From positions 608,001 to 672,000 of the forward strand of contig CAVOXA010000014.1 of the NCBI GenBank assembly GCA_963700285.1: 64,000 nucleotides of DNA, written 5' to 3'. Positions 11,626 through 21,351 of the stretch are shown piece by piece. The DNA comes from an uncultured Chloroflexia bacterium. GTDB taxonomy: Bacteria > Chloroflexota > Anaerolineae > JAAYZQ01. Position numbers and translations under genes: made by a program. The first letter of the stretch is position 1; each line of letters begins with the position of its first letter. The notes under the pieces were generated by a model. The model was given only the letters and a program-made list of their open reading frames with translations. It searched no databases and had not been told where the DNA came from.

Positions 11626-12960
11626 ATGACACAGCAACTGCACGCCGATGTCATTGTCGTCGGGGCCGGAACCACCGGCGCCTATTTCGCCTGGCGCCTG
11701 GGCCAGGCCGGCTTCCTCACCGTTGTCCTGGAGAAGAAGCGGCTCCTGGATCTGGGCCAGGACATTGACATCTTTCATATGGACGAGGTCCGCTTTGAGC
11801 AGTTTGGCCTGGCCCCGCCCAAAGGCGACGAGCTTTTGGGCCACCATCCTACCGGCCTGGCCTGGTCGCCCGACCTTCAGGTGCGCAACGAGGTCCCCTA
11901 CCCCTTTTATGTCATGTCCAAGCCCGCCTTCCACCGGCGCTTGCTGCGCAACGCGATCGAGGCCCGGGCCGAGATCCTGGAGGAGGTGACCGTCGTCGAG
12001 CCCATCATCGAGGAGGGTACCCTCACCGGCGTGCGGGCTGAGGCCGGTGGCGAAGCGCTGGAGGCCCGGGGCCGCATCGTGGTCGACGCTTCGGGCATCG
12101 ACGGCGTCGTGCGCACGCGGCTGCCGGAGGGCTTTGGCCTTGAGACCGATGCCATCTCTGACGATGACACGCTGTTCGTCTGCCTGGAATTCCGCGATGA
12201 CCTGGGCGAGGGATTTCCAAAAGGGCTCAATTTCTACCCCTATCACAAGGCATTCTGGAACCCCAGCCGGGGAACGGGCTCGATCCTGGGCATTGGGCAG
12301 CCGGGCAGCTACGACTATGCCTGGCAGAAACATGCCGAATGGCGGGAGGCCTACTTTGGCGATCCCGGCCGCGTGGTCAAGCGCACCCAGGGCCGCACAC
12401 CCTACCGCCGCTCCCCCTACTCGCTGGTGGGCGATGGCTTCATGGTCATGGGCGACGCCGCCTTCCAGACCAAGCCCTTTTCGGGGGAAGGCGTCACCTC
12501 CTCCTTCACTGCCTGCCAGATCGCGGCCGAGGTGGCGGCCGAAGCCCTTAGACGCAACGACGTAAGCCGCCGTGCCCTGTGGCCCTACAACGTCCGCTAC
12601 TTTCGCGACCAGGGGGCCAAGTTCGCCTCCCTGTTTGTCCAACTGCCGGCCGCCGCAGAGCTGTCGCGGCGCGAGGTGGACTACCTCTTTCAAAAGGACC
12701 TCATCTTCAGCAGCGAGGACTTTTTCCAGATGAATCTCAATTATGAGACCGAGATGAGCCTGGGCAAGACCCTGTCCATGGGCTCAAAGCTGCTGTGGGG
12801 CGTGCTGACCGGTCGATTCTCCTCGGCCAGCTTCAAGCGGTTGCTGGCCGTGTCCTCCACTGCTGACAAGATCAAATCCCTCTACCGGGAATATCCCGAG
12901 TCTCCGGATCAGTTTGAGCCGTGGCTGGCGCAGGTCAAGCCACTGTGGGGCGAGGCATAA
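11626..12960 (+). CDS. FAD-dependent oxidoreductase, geranylgeranyl reductase-like
   Basis: DVIVVGAGTTGA Rossmann motif, VVDASG, MGDAAFQTKPFSGEGV. Confidence 0.85.
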   Translation: MTQQLHADVIVVGAGTTGAYFAWRLGQAGFLTVVLEKKRLLDLGQDIDIFHMDEVRFEQFGLAPPKGDELLGHHPTGLAWSPDLQVRNEVPYPFYVMSKPAFHRRLLRNAIEARAEILEEVTVVEPIIEEGTLTGVRAEAGGEALEARGRIVVDASGIDGVVRTRLPEGFGLETDAISDDDTLFVCLEFRDDLGEGFPKGLNFYPYHKAFWNPSRGTGSILGIGQPGSYDYAWQKHAEWREAYFGDPGRVVKRTQGRTPYRRSPYSLVGDGFMVMGDAAFQTKPFSGEGVTSSFTACQIAAEVAAEALRRNDVSRRALWPYNVRYFRDQGAKFASLFVQLPAAAELSRREVDYLFQKDLIFSSEDFFQMNLNYETEMSLGKTLSMGSKLLWGVLTGRFSSASFKRLLAVSSTADKIKSLYREYPESPDQFEPWLAQVKPLWGEA

Positions 12961-13757
12961 TGGCCGCGTCCCTTGCTGACGAACCCATCCTGACTCCGCA
13001 GCACACATTGGCCCTGAGAGGCGTAGATGTGACGACGGTCCGCTTTGACCTGGCCGTGTTTTGCTTCCGCGGCCCGCTTGCGAGCAGGCTGGTGATCGAG
13101 GCTCTGGGGGCAGGCAAAGCGGAATGGCCCCTGCTATACGGTATTCCATGTCATAGCGCTACCATTGACGGTTTGCGTGTGGCCGTCCTGCCCCAAGTGA
13201 TCTATGGCGGGCCTGTGACGGCCATCTTGCTCGAAGAGCTGGCCTGCCTGGGGGTCAAGACAGCCATCGGCGTTGGTGCGGCCGGCTCGCTGATTAGCGA
13301 CGCCCACGTGGGCCAGGTTTTCATCGCCGAGAGGGCGGCCGTCCAGGACGGAACGTCGCGCGAGTATTCGCGCTCGAACAGCCACGAAGCGTGGGCGAAT
13401 CCCAATCCTCAGCTTCTGGCGTTGACCCAGGCGCTGGCAGCCAGGGAGAATGCGATTCCACTCCCGGGCGCAGTCTGGACCACCGACGCCCTCTACCAGG
13501 AACGCCCATCCAGCGTGGCGTGCTGGCAGCAAGCGGGCGCGGATCTCGTGAATCTCGAGTGCGGCCCCTTCTACGCCGTCGCCAGGGCGGTAGGTATCCG
13601 TGCCGTGTACCTGGGTCTGGTCACCGACCATGTGTCGGCGGAACGGGGCTGGCAGGCCAAACACTGGGGCCGGAAAAGTGCCGCCGACCCGCTGATTATG
13701 CGTGTCGTGTGTGGCATTGCGGACGCCATGGCAAGAGAGGAACACTCACATGTGTGA
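12960..13757 (+). CDS. Nucleoside phosphorylase family protein (PNP/UDP fold)
   Basis: GGPVTAILLEELACLG, GAAGSL, DGTSREY, WTTDALYQE, LVNLEC; ATG overlaps the upstream TAA. Confidence 0.8.
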   Translation: MAASLADEPILTPQHTLALRGVDVTTVRFDLAVFCFRGPLASRLVIEALGAGKAEWPLLYGIPCHSATIDGLRVAVLPQVIYGGPVTAILLEELACLGVKTAIGVGAAGSLISDAHVGQVFIAERAAVQDGTSREYSRSNSHEAWANPNPQLLALTQALAARENAIPLPGAVWTTDALYQERPSSVACWQQAGADLVNLECGPFYAVARAVGIRAVYLGLVTDHVSAERGWQAKHWGRKSAADPLIMRVVCGIADAMAREEHSHV

Positions 13758-15123
13758 CACCCTGGTCGCGGTTGGCGAGGCCACGGCAGACGGCAGCGTC
13801 ATCCTGGCCAAGAACAGCGACCGGCAGCCCAACGAAGCCCACCTGCTGGCCCACGTCCCCCGCGCCCAACACGCGCCCGGGTCAAGGGTCCAGTGCACCT
13901 ACATTGAGGTACCCCAAGTTGGCGAGACCTTTGAGGTGCTGCTGTCCAAGCCCTTCTGGATCTGGGGCTGCGAGATGGGGGCCAACGAGTACGGTGTGGC
14001 CATTGGCAATGAGGCTGTGTTCACCAGGGAGCCCTACGACAAGGGGCCCGGCCTGATCGGCATGGACTTTATCCGGCTGGCGCTGGAGCGGTCCGCTACG
14101 GCACGCCAGGCGCTGGACGTTATTGTCAATCTCCTGGCCGAACACGGCCAGGGCGGCAACTGCGGCTTCCACCACAAAGAATTCTATCACAACTCGTTCA
14201 TCCTCGCCGACCCAGGCGAAGCCTGGGTACTGGAGACAGCGGGCAAGTTCTGGGCCGCCGAACAGGTGCGCGACGTGCGCGCTATTTCCAATGGCCTGAC
14301 CATTGGCGCAGAGTGGGATCTGGCCTCGCCAGGGCTGGTGGCGCATGCCATCGAGAAGGGCTGGTGCCGGTCCCGGGATGACTTTCATTTCGCCCGCTGC
14401 TACTCCGACCTGGTGATGACACGGTTCAGCGCTTGCCGGACTCGCCAGTGCCGGTCAACAGAGTTGCTGGAAGCGGAAAGAGGCCGCATCTCTGTGGGTA
14501 CGATGATGGCCACCCTGCGCGACCACGGGCCCCAGGCGGAGCAGGATCCGGCGTGGAACCCAGGCCGGGGCTGGTTGATGGACACGATCTGCGTGCATGC
14601 CGGGTTTGGCCCGACGCGCCCCGGCCAGTCTACAGGAGCGATGGTCGCCCATTTGAAGCCTGACCTGCCGGCCACCTGGTTGACCGGAACCTCGGGCACC
14701 TGTACCGGTATCTTTAAGCCGGTGTACCTGGGTGGCAGCGGGCTGCCAGATCTCGGGCCTGAGCCTGAGGGCACCTTCGATACCGGCTCGCTGTGGTGGA
14801 GCCACGAGCGGCTGCACCGGGCGGTCATCCGTGACTATGCGGCGCGGCTAGCCCTCTACCGGGAGAGCAGGGACTCTTTGGAAGCTGCGTTCCTGTCCGA
14901 AGCGGCAGAGATGTACCTGCGGCACCATGGGCAGAGCGCGGGGGAACGCGTAGAGGCTCTGAGTGCATTCACCGCTGGCTGCTTTCACAGAGCCGCTGGG
15001 GCCACTGCCCACTGGGCTGAGGCTGTGTTGTCGAAACCGGTCCAACACCGGCCACCAATCCTGTTCGCCACGTCCTGGGACAGGTTCAACAGGCAGGCGG
15101 ATTTCGCCGAGGGCCTACGTTGA
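13750..15123 (+). CDS. Peptidase C69/secernin-like Ntn hydrolase
   Basis: MCDT N-terminal nucleophile, AKNSDRQPNE, WGCEMGANEYGVAIGNEA, YHNSFILAD. Confidence 0.88.
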   Translation: MCDTLVAVGEATADGSVILAKNSDRQPNEAHLLAHVPRAQHAPGSRVQCTYIEVPQVGETFEVLLSKPFWIWGCEMGANEYGVAIGNEAVFTREPYDKGPGLIGMDFIRLALERSATARQALDVIVNLLAEHGQGGNCGFHHKEFYHNSFILADPGEAWVLETAGKFWAAEQVRDVRAISNGLTIGAEWDLASPGLVAHAIEKGWCRSRDDFHFARCYSDLVMTRFSACRTRQCRSTELLEAERGRISVGTMMATLRDHGPQAEQDPAWNPGRGWLMDTICVHAGFGPTRPGQSTGAMVAHLKPDLPATWLTGTSGTCTGIFKPVYLGGSGLPDLGPEPEGTFDTGSLWWSHERLHRAVIRDYAARLALYRESRDSLEAAFLSEAAEMYLRHHGQSAGERVEALSAFTAGCFHRAAGATAHWAEAVLSKPVQHRPPILFATSWDRFNRQADFAEGLR

Positions 15124-15155
15124 TGCTTGACTCTTGAAGGGTTAGGGAGAACAGA

Positions 15156-16100
15156 TTGACCGAGATGACTCTGACAGGCACCACCTTCAACATCCAGCGG
15201 TTCAGCACCGAGGACGGCCCTGGCATCCGGACCACGGTCTTTTTCAAGGGCTGCCCGCTGCGCTGCGCCTGGTGCCACAACCCCGAGGGGATCTCACCCC
15301 GGCCGGAGTTGATGTGGTACGATGTGCGCTGCATTGCCGCCCGCGACTGCCTGAGCGTCTGCCCGGTGGATGCCCTGGATCTGACGCCGCAGGGCATGCG
15401 CATCGACCGCCAGCGCTGTGATGCCTGCGGCGCCTGCACCGACGCCTGTCCCGCCGCCGCCCTGGAGGTGATTGGCCAGAAGTGGACGCCTCATGAGCTT
15501 TTTTCCGAGGTGATAAAGGACCGGATCTTTTTCGAAACCTCCGGCGGTGGCGTGACCCTCTCCGGCGGCGAGCCGATGATGCAGGCTGATTATCTCCTGG
15601 AACTGCTGCCACTGCTCCGCGAGGCCGAACTCCATGTGGCGCTGGACACTTGTGGCGCGGCGGCCTGGCCCCGCTACGAGGGGATCCTGCCCTCGCTTGA
15701 CCTAGTCCTCTACGATCTCAAGTTCTTTGACCCGCGCAGCCACCTGGTCGCCACCGGCTTTGACAACGGCGCCATTCTGGACAACGCCCGCCGCATCGCC
15801 GCCGCAGGCATGCCCCTTTGGATCCGCACGCCCGTGATCCCGGGCTACACCGCCGATCCGGCCAATATTTCAGCCCTTGCCGACTTTATCAAGGCCGAAC
15901 TCCCTACCGTCGAGCGCTGGGACCTGCTGGCCTACACCAACCTGGGCGGACCCAAGTACCAGCGCCTGGACCTTGCCTATGCACTGGAGGGCATTCCGCT
16001 CCTGACACGCAACGAGATGGAGGCGCTGCACGCCGTGGCGGTCCAGCGCGTGCCCGTGGCCGTGTGGTCCGGCGCGACCCAGCAGGAATCGCTGAGCTGA
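15156..16100 (+). CDS. Glycyl radical enzyme activase (radical SAM with ferredoxin insert)
   Basis: DGPGIRTTVFFKGCPLRCAWCHNPE, CDACGACTDACP, GGGVTLSGGEP. Confidence 0.93.
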   Translation: MTEMTLTGTTFNIQRFSTEDGPGIRTTVFFKGCPLRCAWCHNPEGISPRPELMWYDVRCIAARDCLSVCPVDALDLTPQGMRIDRQRCDACGACTDACPAAALEVIGQKWTPHELFSEVIKDRIFFETSGGGVTLSGGEPMMQADYLLELLPLLREAELHVALDTCGAAAWPRYEGILPSLDLVLYDLKFFDPRSHLVATGFDNGAILDNARRIAAAGMPLWIRTPVIPGYTADPANISALADFIKAELPTVERWDLLAYTNLGGPKYQRLDLAYALEGIPLLTRNEMEALHAVAVQRVPVAVWSGATQQESLS

Positions 16101-16114
16101 AGGGAAGGAGTATC

Positions 16115-17086
16115 GTGAGCCTGAATCAGGCCGGACTACAACTGCTCGAGGCATTCGAACGGGGTCTGGACCCAAGGTACCCGGAGCGCAGCCAGATACC
16201 GGCCCACGTCCTGGGCTATGGCGAAATCAGCACCGTCTTTGCCATCCAGGCGGAGGGTCTAGAAGGTCTGGCCTTCAAACGCTTGCCCCTGTTCCAGGAT
16301 GCGGCAGAGGTGGAACGGTATCGCGCTGCTTATGACGAGTACAACCGCCTGCTCCAAACGGAGATTGGCCTGAGCCTGCCGGCTCACAGTTGCGTGGAGC
16401 TGGAGCATGGTGATCGCCCCATCTTGTACATCATCCAGCAGCAACTGCCCTCAGCCAGCATCGGACACCACGCGCTGCACGTGCTTCCCCGCGACATGGT
16501 GCGCTTTCTGGTCCGGCGCGCCCTCCAGGAGATGCGCCTGGTTTGGGACTTTAACCAGCGCCAGCAACGCCTGCAGGTGGCCCTTGACGGCCAGATCTCG
16601 AACTGGTCCATCCAGGGCTTTGATCCCCAGAACCCGCAGGTGGCCCTGGACACGAGGCTGGCCTACCTGGACACAAGCACGCCCCTCTTTCGCGTCGATG
16701 GGGTGGAACAACTGGATCCGGAGTTGTTTCTGAGGAGCGCGCCATCTTTCCTGGCCTGGATCCTGCGCCTCTTCTTTGTGGAAGATGTGGTGAACCGCTA
16801 CTATGATTTTCACCGGGTGGCGGTGGACCTCGTGGCCAATTTCTACAAGGAACAGCGACCGGAACTGGTCCCCGATATCATCATCGAGGTCAACGATTTC
16901 TTTGCGGGGGAAGCCGCCGCACTGGAGCTCGAGCCCCTCACCGAGGAGGAGGTCCATTCCTACTATCGTGAGGATGCCCTGATCTGGAGGCTGTACCTGG
17001 CCATGCGCCGCATCGACCGTGCCCTCCGCACACGGATCTTGGGAAAAGAGTATCCCTATATCCTGCCCGGACAGATCGCGAGATAG
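16115..17086 (+). CDS. Conserved hypothetical protein (DUF6206-like) with protein-kinase-like motifs
   Basis: GTG after AAGGAG; LGYGEISTV, AFKR, LDGQISNW, YLDTS. Confidence 0.65.
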   Translation: MSLNQAGLQLLEAFERGLDPRYPERSQIPAHVLGYGEISTVFAIQAEGLEGLAFKRLPLFQDAAEVERYRAAYDEYNRLLQTEIGLSLPAHSCVELEHGDRPILYIIQQQLPSASIGHHALHVLPRDMVRFLVRRALQEMRLVWDFNQRQQRLQVALDGQISNWSIQGFDPQNPQVALDTRLAYLDTSTPLFRVDGVEQLDPELFLRSAPSFLAWILRLFFVEDVVNRYYDFHRVAVDLVANFYKEQRPELVPDIIIEVNDFFAGEAAALELEPLTEEEVHSYYREDALIWRLYLAMRRIDRALRTRILGKEYPYILPGQIAR

Positions 17087-17106
17087 CAGCAGTGGGAGGC
17101 AACCGC

Positions 17107-17922
17107 ATGTCCCTGTTAGCGAACGAACCCGGCCTGCTTGAGGCCCTCAGCCATGAAATGACGCCCAAGTTTCTGGCCACCCGTTCCGCCAGCGGCGTGC
17201 CAAACATCGTACCCTGTACTTCCATCATGCCAGCCGGGGACACCGAGGACCGGCTGATCCTCGGCAATTTCCTCCTGCACAAGTCGGTGGACAACCTGGA
17301 CGCCGACCCGCGGGTGGGCATCCTGGTCATGACCACTGATCTTCAAGGCTGGGTGCTGCAGGGGAACTTTCAGGGCTGGCAGCGGGCGGGTGACTATGTG
17401 GATCGCCTCAACAACACTGAACTGCTGCGCTACAACGCTTATACCGGCATCCGCAACGCTGGCATCATCCAGGCGGGAGCGGTGCTGCGGCGCTTTCAGA
17501 TCTCCAAGCCGCGGGTCCTGGCCGACTATTTGTTGGCTCGTGCATCGCGCGTCCCGGCGGCGCTCGAAGGGGCCACGGCCATGCCCCTGCCGGTGCGAGA
17601 GCGATTTAGCCCCATGACCGCCGTGAGGGCGCTGGCCTTTCTGGATAGCCAGGGGTACCCGCTGGTCGCTCCCGTGCTTTCTCTCCAGCCGGCCGGGGAG
17701 AGCGCCCTGGTTTGTGCGCAAGGCCAATTTTCTGACCTCCTGGCCCCACTGGCACCGGGCGACCCCGTAGCCGCCTCCCTGCTGACGCTCGACGTCGTCT
17801 CTTTCCAGGCCAAGGGCCGATGGTTGGGGGAACACTACCTGCTCGGAGCCCGGCTGGGGGCCATGTCTGTGCAGGCCGTCTATGCCGGAGGGCCACCCAT
17901 CCCCGGCCGGCAGGTAGCCTGA
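17107..17922 (+). CDS. Pyridoxamine 5'-phosphate oxidase-like FMN-binding split-barrel protein (two domains)
   Basis: KFLATRSASGVPNIVP..KSVDNLDADPRVGIL and second unit LAFLDSQGYP..SFQAKG. Confidence 0.7.
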   Translation: MSLLANEPGLLEALSHEMTPKFLATRSASGVPNIVPCTSIMPAGDTEDRLILGNFLLHKSVDNLDADPRVGILVMTTDLQGWVLQGNFQGWQRAGDYVDRLNNTELLRYNAYTGIRNAGIIQAGAVLRRFQISKPRVLADYLLARASRVPAALEGATAMPLPVRERFSPMTAVRALAFLDSQGYPLVAPVLSLQPAGESALVCAQGQFSDLLAPLAPGDPVAASLLTLDVVSFQAKGRWLGEHYLLGARLGAMSVQAVYAGGPPIPGRQVA

Positions 17923-18071
17923 ATGCAGACACGCCGTTCTTGGCCGGTGGGGCTTGCTTTGACCCGAGGGGCGCCTGGCCGTGAAAGGATTGGTAGACCG
18001 TTCACGGGCATTCAACGGGTGGAGGGAACTGTACGTAACCGCGTAGCACAGCATGCAGGAGGAAGCGCATC

Positions 18072-18320
18072 ATGAAAAGAGAACCCGGTCTTTCTACTTT
18101 TTCCATCGTCGGCCACGATCCAGGGGCCCAGGAGTGGGGTATCGCCGTCCAGTCCAAGTTCCTGGCCGTAGGAGCCGTGGTCCCCTGGGCGCGCGCCGGG
18201 GTTGGAGCCGTGGCCACCCAATCCTACGCCAACACCGCTTTTGGTCCAGAAGGCCTGGCCCTGATGGCCCGTGGGCTGACGGCTGAAGAAACGCTCGGTC
18301 AACTCGTCGCCGGGGATGAG
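18072..18320 (+). pseudogene. Truncated DUF1028 (Ntn-hydrolase-like) gene
   Basis: [39 protein letters not shown]; similarity ends after about 80 codons. Confidence 0.75.
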
Positions 18321-18690
18321 CTGAGCCGGTGCACGCCAGAAATCCTGACACCCGAATCAGTCCGCCGCATCGTCACGCTCTGCGCGACCCATCCTCACTG
18401 GAAGCGGGAAGAAGTGTATCAACACCTGCAAGGCCAGAACGTGAGTGTTAGTCGGCGTCAAGCGCGCCAGGCCATGGAACGAGGTGCACCTCCTCGCTGG
18501 ACAAGCCTACGCCTGGGGATACAGCACCTAGCGGCGAGTGGGCCAGGCGCTGCAGGTCAGTGAAATGACCATCTACCCTCTACAACTGGCTGGGTACGAC
18601 CTAAGCCGCATGCCGATGACCTGGTTGTGTCGGGGATACAGCCTGGAACGGCCGATGAAACTGGACGGCGCAGATGTCCCCAGCCTGTGA
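18321..18690 (+). mobile_element. Probable transposase/IS remnant interrupting DUF1028
   Basis: [34 protein letters not shown] resembles a transposase HTH; a further fragment [13 protein letters not shown] follows; no IRs found. Confidence 0.35.
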
Positions 18691-18709
18691 CGGTTCCCAA
18701 AAGGTCACT

Positions 18710-18737
18710 TTGCAGACGCCAGAGGCTGTGGTATAAT
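18710..18737 (+). promoter_or_regulatory. sigma70 promoter
   Basis: TTGCAG-16 nt-TATAAT with TG extended -10. Confidence 0.55.
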
Positions 18738-18833
18738 GCCCCCCGTACCGGTGGCCCAGTTTTCCGCCGGCCAGGGTTCGCAGCTGCACAGGTTTGCATC
18801 AAAACCCGCATCAATCATAGGAGGAGAACGTCG

Positions 18834-19652
18834 ATGCTAGCAGAATGGTTCCTAAACCTCGATCCCATCATTCAGGCCCTGTTGGCAACCTGCTTCACCT
18901 GGTTCGTGACCGCTCTGGGTGCAGCGTTGGTATTCTTTTTCAAGACCATCAACCGCCGTGTCCTTGACGGCATGCTGGGCTTTGCCGCCGGGGTCATGAT
19001 CGCTGCCAGTTTCTGGTCGCTTCTGGCGCCTGCCATTGCCATGGCCGAGGAATCAAGCAGCCTCCCGGCCTGGGTTCCGGCGACCGCAGGTTTTTTGCTG
19101 GGCGGTGTCTTTCTCTGGGTTACGGACAAGGTGCTACCTCACATCCACGCCGGCTATCCTGACGAATCTGCTGAGGGTGTCAAGACAAGTTGGGAACGCA
19201 GCATCCTGCTGGTATTGGCCATTACCCTGCACAACATCCCCGAAGGTCTGGCCGTCGGCGTCGCTTTTGGGGCTGCGGCCGCGGGCTTTCCTGCTGCGAC
19301 GGTCGGCGCCGCTATCGCCCTGGCCGTGGGCATCGGCATCCAAAACTTCCCCGAGGGCGCCGCAGTCTCGGTCCCCCTCCGCCGGGAAGGCATATCGCGT
19401 CTGAAAGCTTTCGGATACGGCCAGGCGTCCGGGATGGTTGAGCCCATAGCCGGTGTGCTGGGTGCGGCAGCCGTGCTCCTTATCAGGCCCATCCTGCCCT
19501 ATGCCCTGGCTTTCGCCGCTGGGGCCATGATCTACGTTGTGGTCGAGGAGCTGATCCCCGAGGCCCAATTGGAGAGCATCAGCGACGTGGCGACGATCGG
19601 CGCCATGCTGGGCTTTGCCGTGATGATGACCTTGGACGTGGCTTTGGGCTAG
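18834..19652 (+). CDS. ZIP family metal transporter (ZupT/GufA-like)
   Basis: [23 protein letters not shown], multiple TM helices; AGGAGG before ATG 18834. Confidence 0.92.
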   Translation: MLAEWFLNLDPIIQALLATCFTWFVTALGAALVFFFKTINRRVLDGMLGFAAGVMIAASFWSLLAPAIAMAEESSSLPAWVPATAGFLLGGVFLWVTDKVLPHIHAGYPDESAEGVKTSWERSILLVLAITLHNIPEGLAVGVAFGAAAAGFPAATVGAAIALAVGIGIQNFPEGAAVSVPLRREGISRLKAFGYGQASGMVEPIAGVLGAAAVLLIRPILPYALAFAAGAMIYVVVEELIPEAQLESISDVATIGAMLGFAVMMTLDVALG

Positions 19653-19743
19653 GCAAGCGCGTCGCGCGCCAGACACGCGAGAACACGTTGGCGTCACCAT
19701 AAGCCGATGGCAACATGGCGACGCCTCGTCTGTCTCTGGAGGA

Positions 19744-20436
19744 ATGACGGTGATCCAGCGGATTGAGGTCCGGGAAACCAACTGCTACCTGCTGAAGGGC
19801 GAGGGGGGAACCATCCTTATCGATCCCGGCCCGCCAGGCGGTGCCTCGACTGTCGTGGCCGAAGCCGAAAAAGCTGGCGTTCAGCCCACGGACGTCCGAC
19901 TGATCCTCATCAGTCATGGGCACCTGGACCACTATGGCGCCGCGAAAGAGGTCAAGGCGTGGTGTGGCGCGCCCATCGCAGCCTATCACAGCGAACCAGC
20001 CTTCAGTCAAGACCGCCGCAATGCCCTGCCACCGGCCCAGACCCTGCGGGGCAGCGTGGTTCGCTGGCTCTACCTTCTCCTCTCACCTTTGGCCCACCTC
20101 CAGCCACTTGAAGCAGACCACCTTCTGGGCGATGGTTCGAGTCTGGCCCAGTTTGGTGTGGATGCCCGGGTAATGCTGATACCTGGCCACTCGCCAGGCT
20201 CCTTGGCCGTAGTCACTGGCGATGGCGACGCTGTTGTCGGCGATCTTGTTGTCAACTATAGCGTGCCCAGCCAGCCAATCTACCTCTCAGACCGTAAAGC
20301 CTGGCAGCAAAGCTACGAGCGCATTGTGGTGTTGAGCCCGCGCATGGTCTACGTTGGCCATGGCGAGCCTTTTTCAGGGGTCAAGCTGGATCCCATCCAT
20401 CCCGCCCGCTACCAACTGCGTTGGTGGGTGAGGTAG
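19744..20436 (+). CDS. MBL-fold metallo-hydrolase
   Basis: SHGHLDH, PGHSPGS, GD, GHG. Confidence 0.88.
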   Translation: MTVIQRIEVRETNCYLLKGEGGTILIDPGPPGGASTVVAEAEKAGVQPTDVRLILISHGHLDHYGAAKEVKAWCGAPIAAYHSEPAFSQDRRNALPPAQTLRGSVVRWLYLLLSPLAHLQPLEADHLLGDGSSLAQFGVDARVMLIPGHSPGSLAVVTGDGDAVVGDLVVNYSVPSQPIYLSDRKAWQQSYERIVVLSPRMVYVGHGEPFSGVKLDPIHPARYQLRWWVR

Positions 20437-20458
20437 TTATCCCGCGTAGGAGACATCA

Positions 20459-20737
20459 ATGTCCGATGGATTGCGAGTTTTTCTCAGTACCTTCGCCCTA
20501 CTTTTTGTCGCGGAGCTGGGTGACAAGACCCAATTGGCCGTGATCAGCATGACGGCCAAACACAAAATGCCCATCTGGGTCTTTGTCGGTGCAGCGCTGG
20601 CCCTGGTCGCAGTCACACTGCTGGGCGTCGTCGGCGGCGAGGTCTTGACCCGCTTCATCCCGGAGATGGTATTGCGCAAGGCTGCCGCCGTGCTCTTTAT
20701 CGTCATGGGCGTGCTGATGTGGTTTGAGATCCTGTAA
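20459..20737 (+). CDS. TMEM165/GDT1 (UPF0016) single-domain Ca/Mn transporter
   Basis: AELGDKTQL signature, three TM helices. Confidence 0.9.
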   Translation: MSDGLRVFLSTFALLFVAELGDKTQLAVISMTAKHKMPIWVFVGAALALVAVTLLGVVGGEVLTRFIPEMVLRKAAAVLFIVMGVLMWFEIL

Positions 20738-20914
20738 TAAAAGTGCCCGTATGTGGTCTGGCTTGCATACAATGCAGCCCAAGCATTCTATGATCGAATC
20801 TATATTGGATAGCACAGGCACTTTTGTTCTGTCGCGCCAGTGCGCCACGGTTGGGTGATAGGACTGGTTGGTACAACACCTCCTGGCTGAGAGTGCGACA
20901 CGGAAAGGCGAATC

Positions 20915-21322
20915 ATGGCAAGAAATGTGACAAGAAGCGACAAAGAGTGGCGCGAACTGCTGGACGCGGAACAGTATCGGGTCACACGGCAGAAAGGGAC
21001 AGAGCGCCCTTTCAGCGGCCAATACTACCACCTCAAGGATCCAGGCAAGTATTTGTGCGTGGGCTGTGGCAACGAACTCTTTGATTCGGAGACCAAGTAC
21101 GAGTCTGGATCTGGGTGGCCGAGCTTTTGGGCGCCGATCTCGGAGGCGAATATCGATACGGAAAGAGATATCAGCCTGGGCATGACCCGGACCGAAGTGC
21201 TGTGTGACAGATGTGGCGCCCATCTGGGTCACATGTTCGAGGACGGTCCCCAACCAACAGGTCTCCGCTACTGCATCAATTCCGCCGCCTTGAGTTTTGC
21301 TGCCGACGATTCTAAGGAATAG
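20915..21322 (+). CDS. msrB: Peptide-methionine (R)-S-oxide reductase
   Basis: GTERPF, CxxC twice, GWPSF, HLGHMF, RYCINS. Confidence 0.96.
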   Translation: MARNVTRSDKEWRELLDAEQYRVTRQKGTERPFSGQYYHLKDPGKYLCVGCGNELFDSETKYESGSGWPSFWAPISEANIDTERDISLGMTRTEVLCDRCGAHLGHMFEDGPQPTGLRYCINSAALSFAADDSKE

Positions 21323-21351
21323 GAGCTGTTTGGATGCAAAGTCCTGTGAGA

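Noticed and set aside
18738-18833. yybP-ykoY manganese riboswitch before the ZIP gene
   Set aside because: The conserved GGGGAGUA and partner loop motifs are not visible
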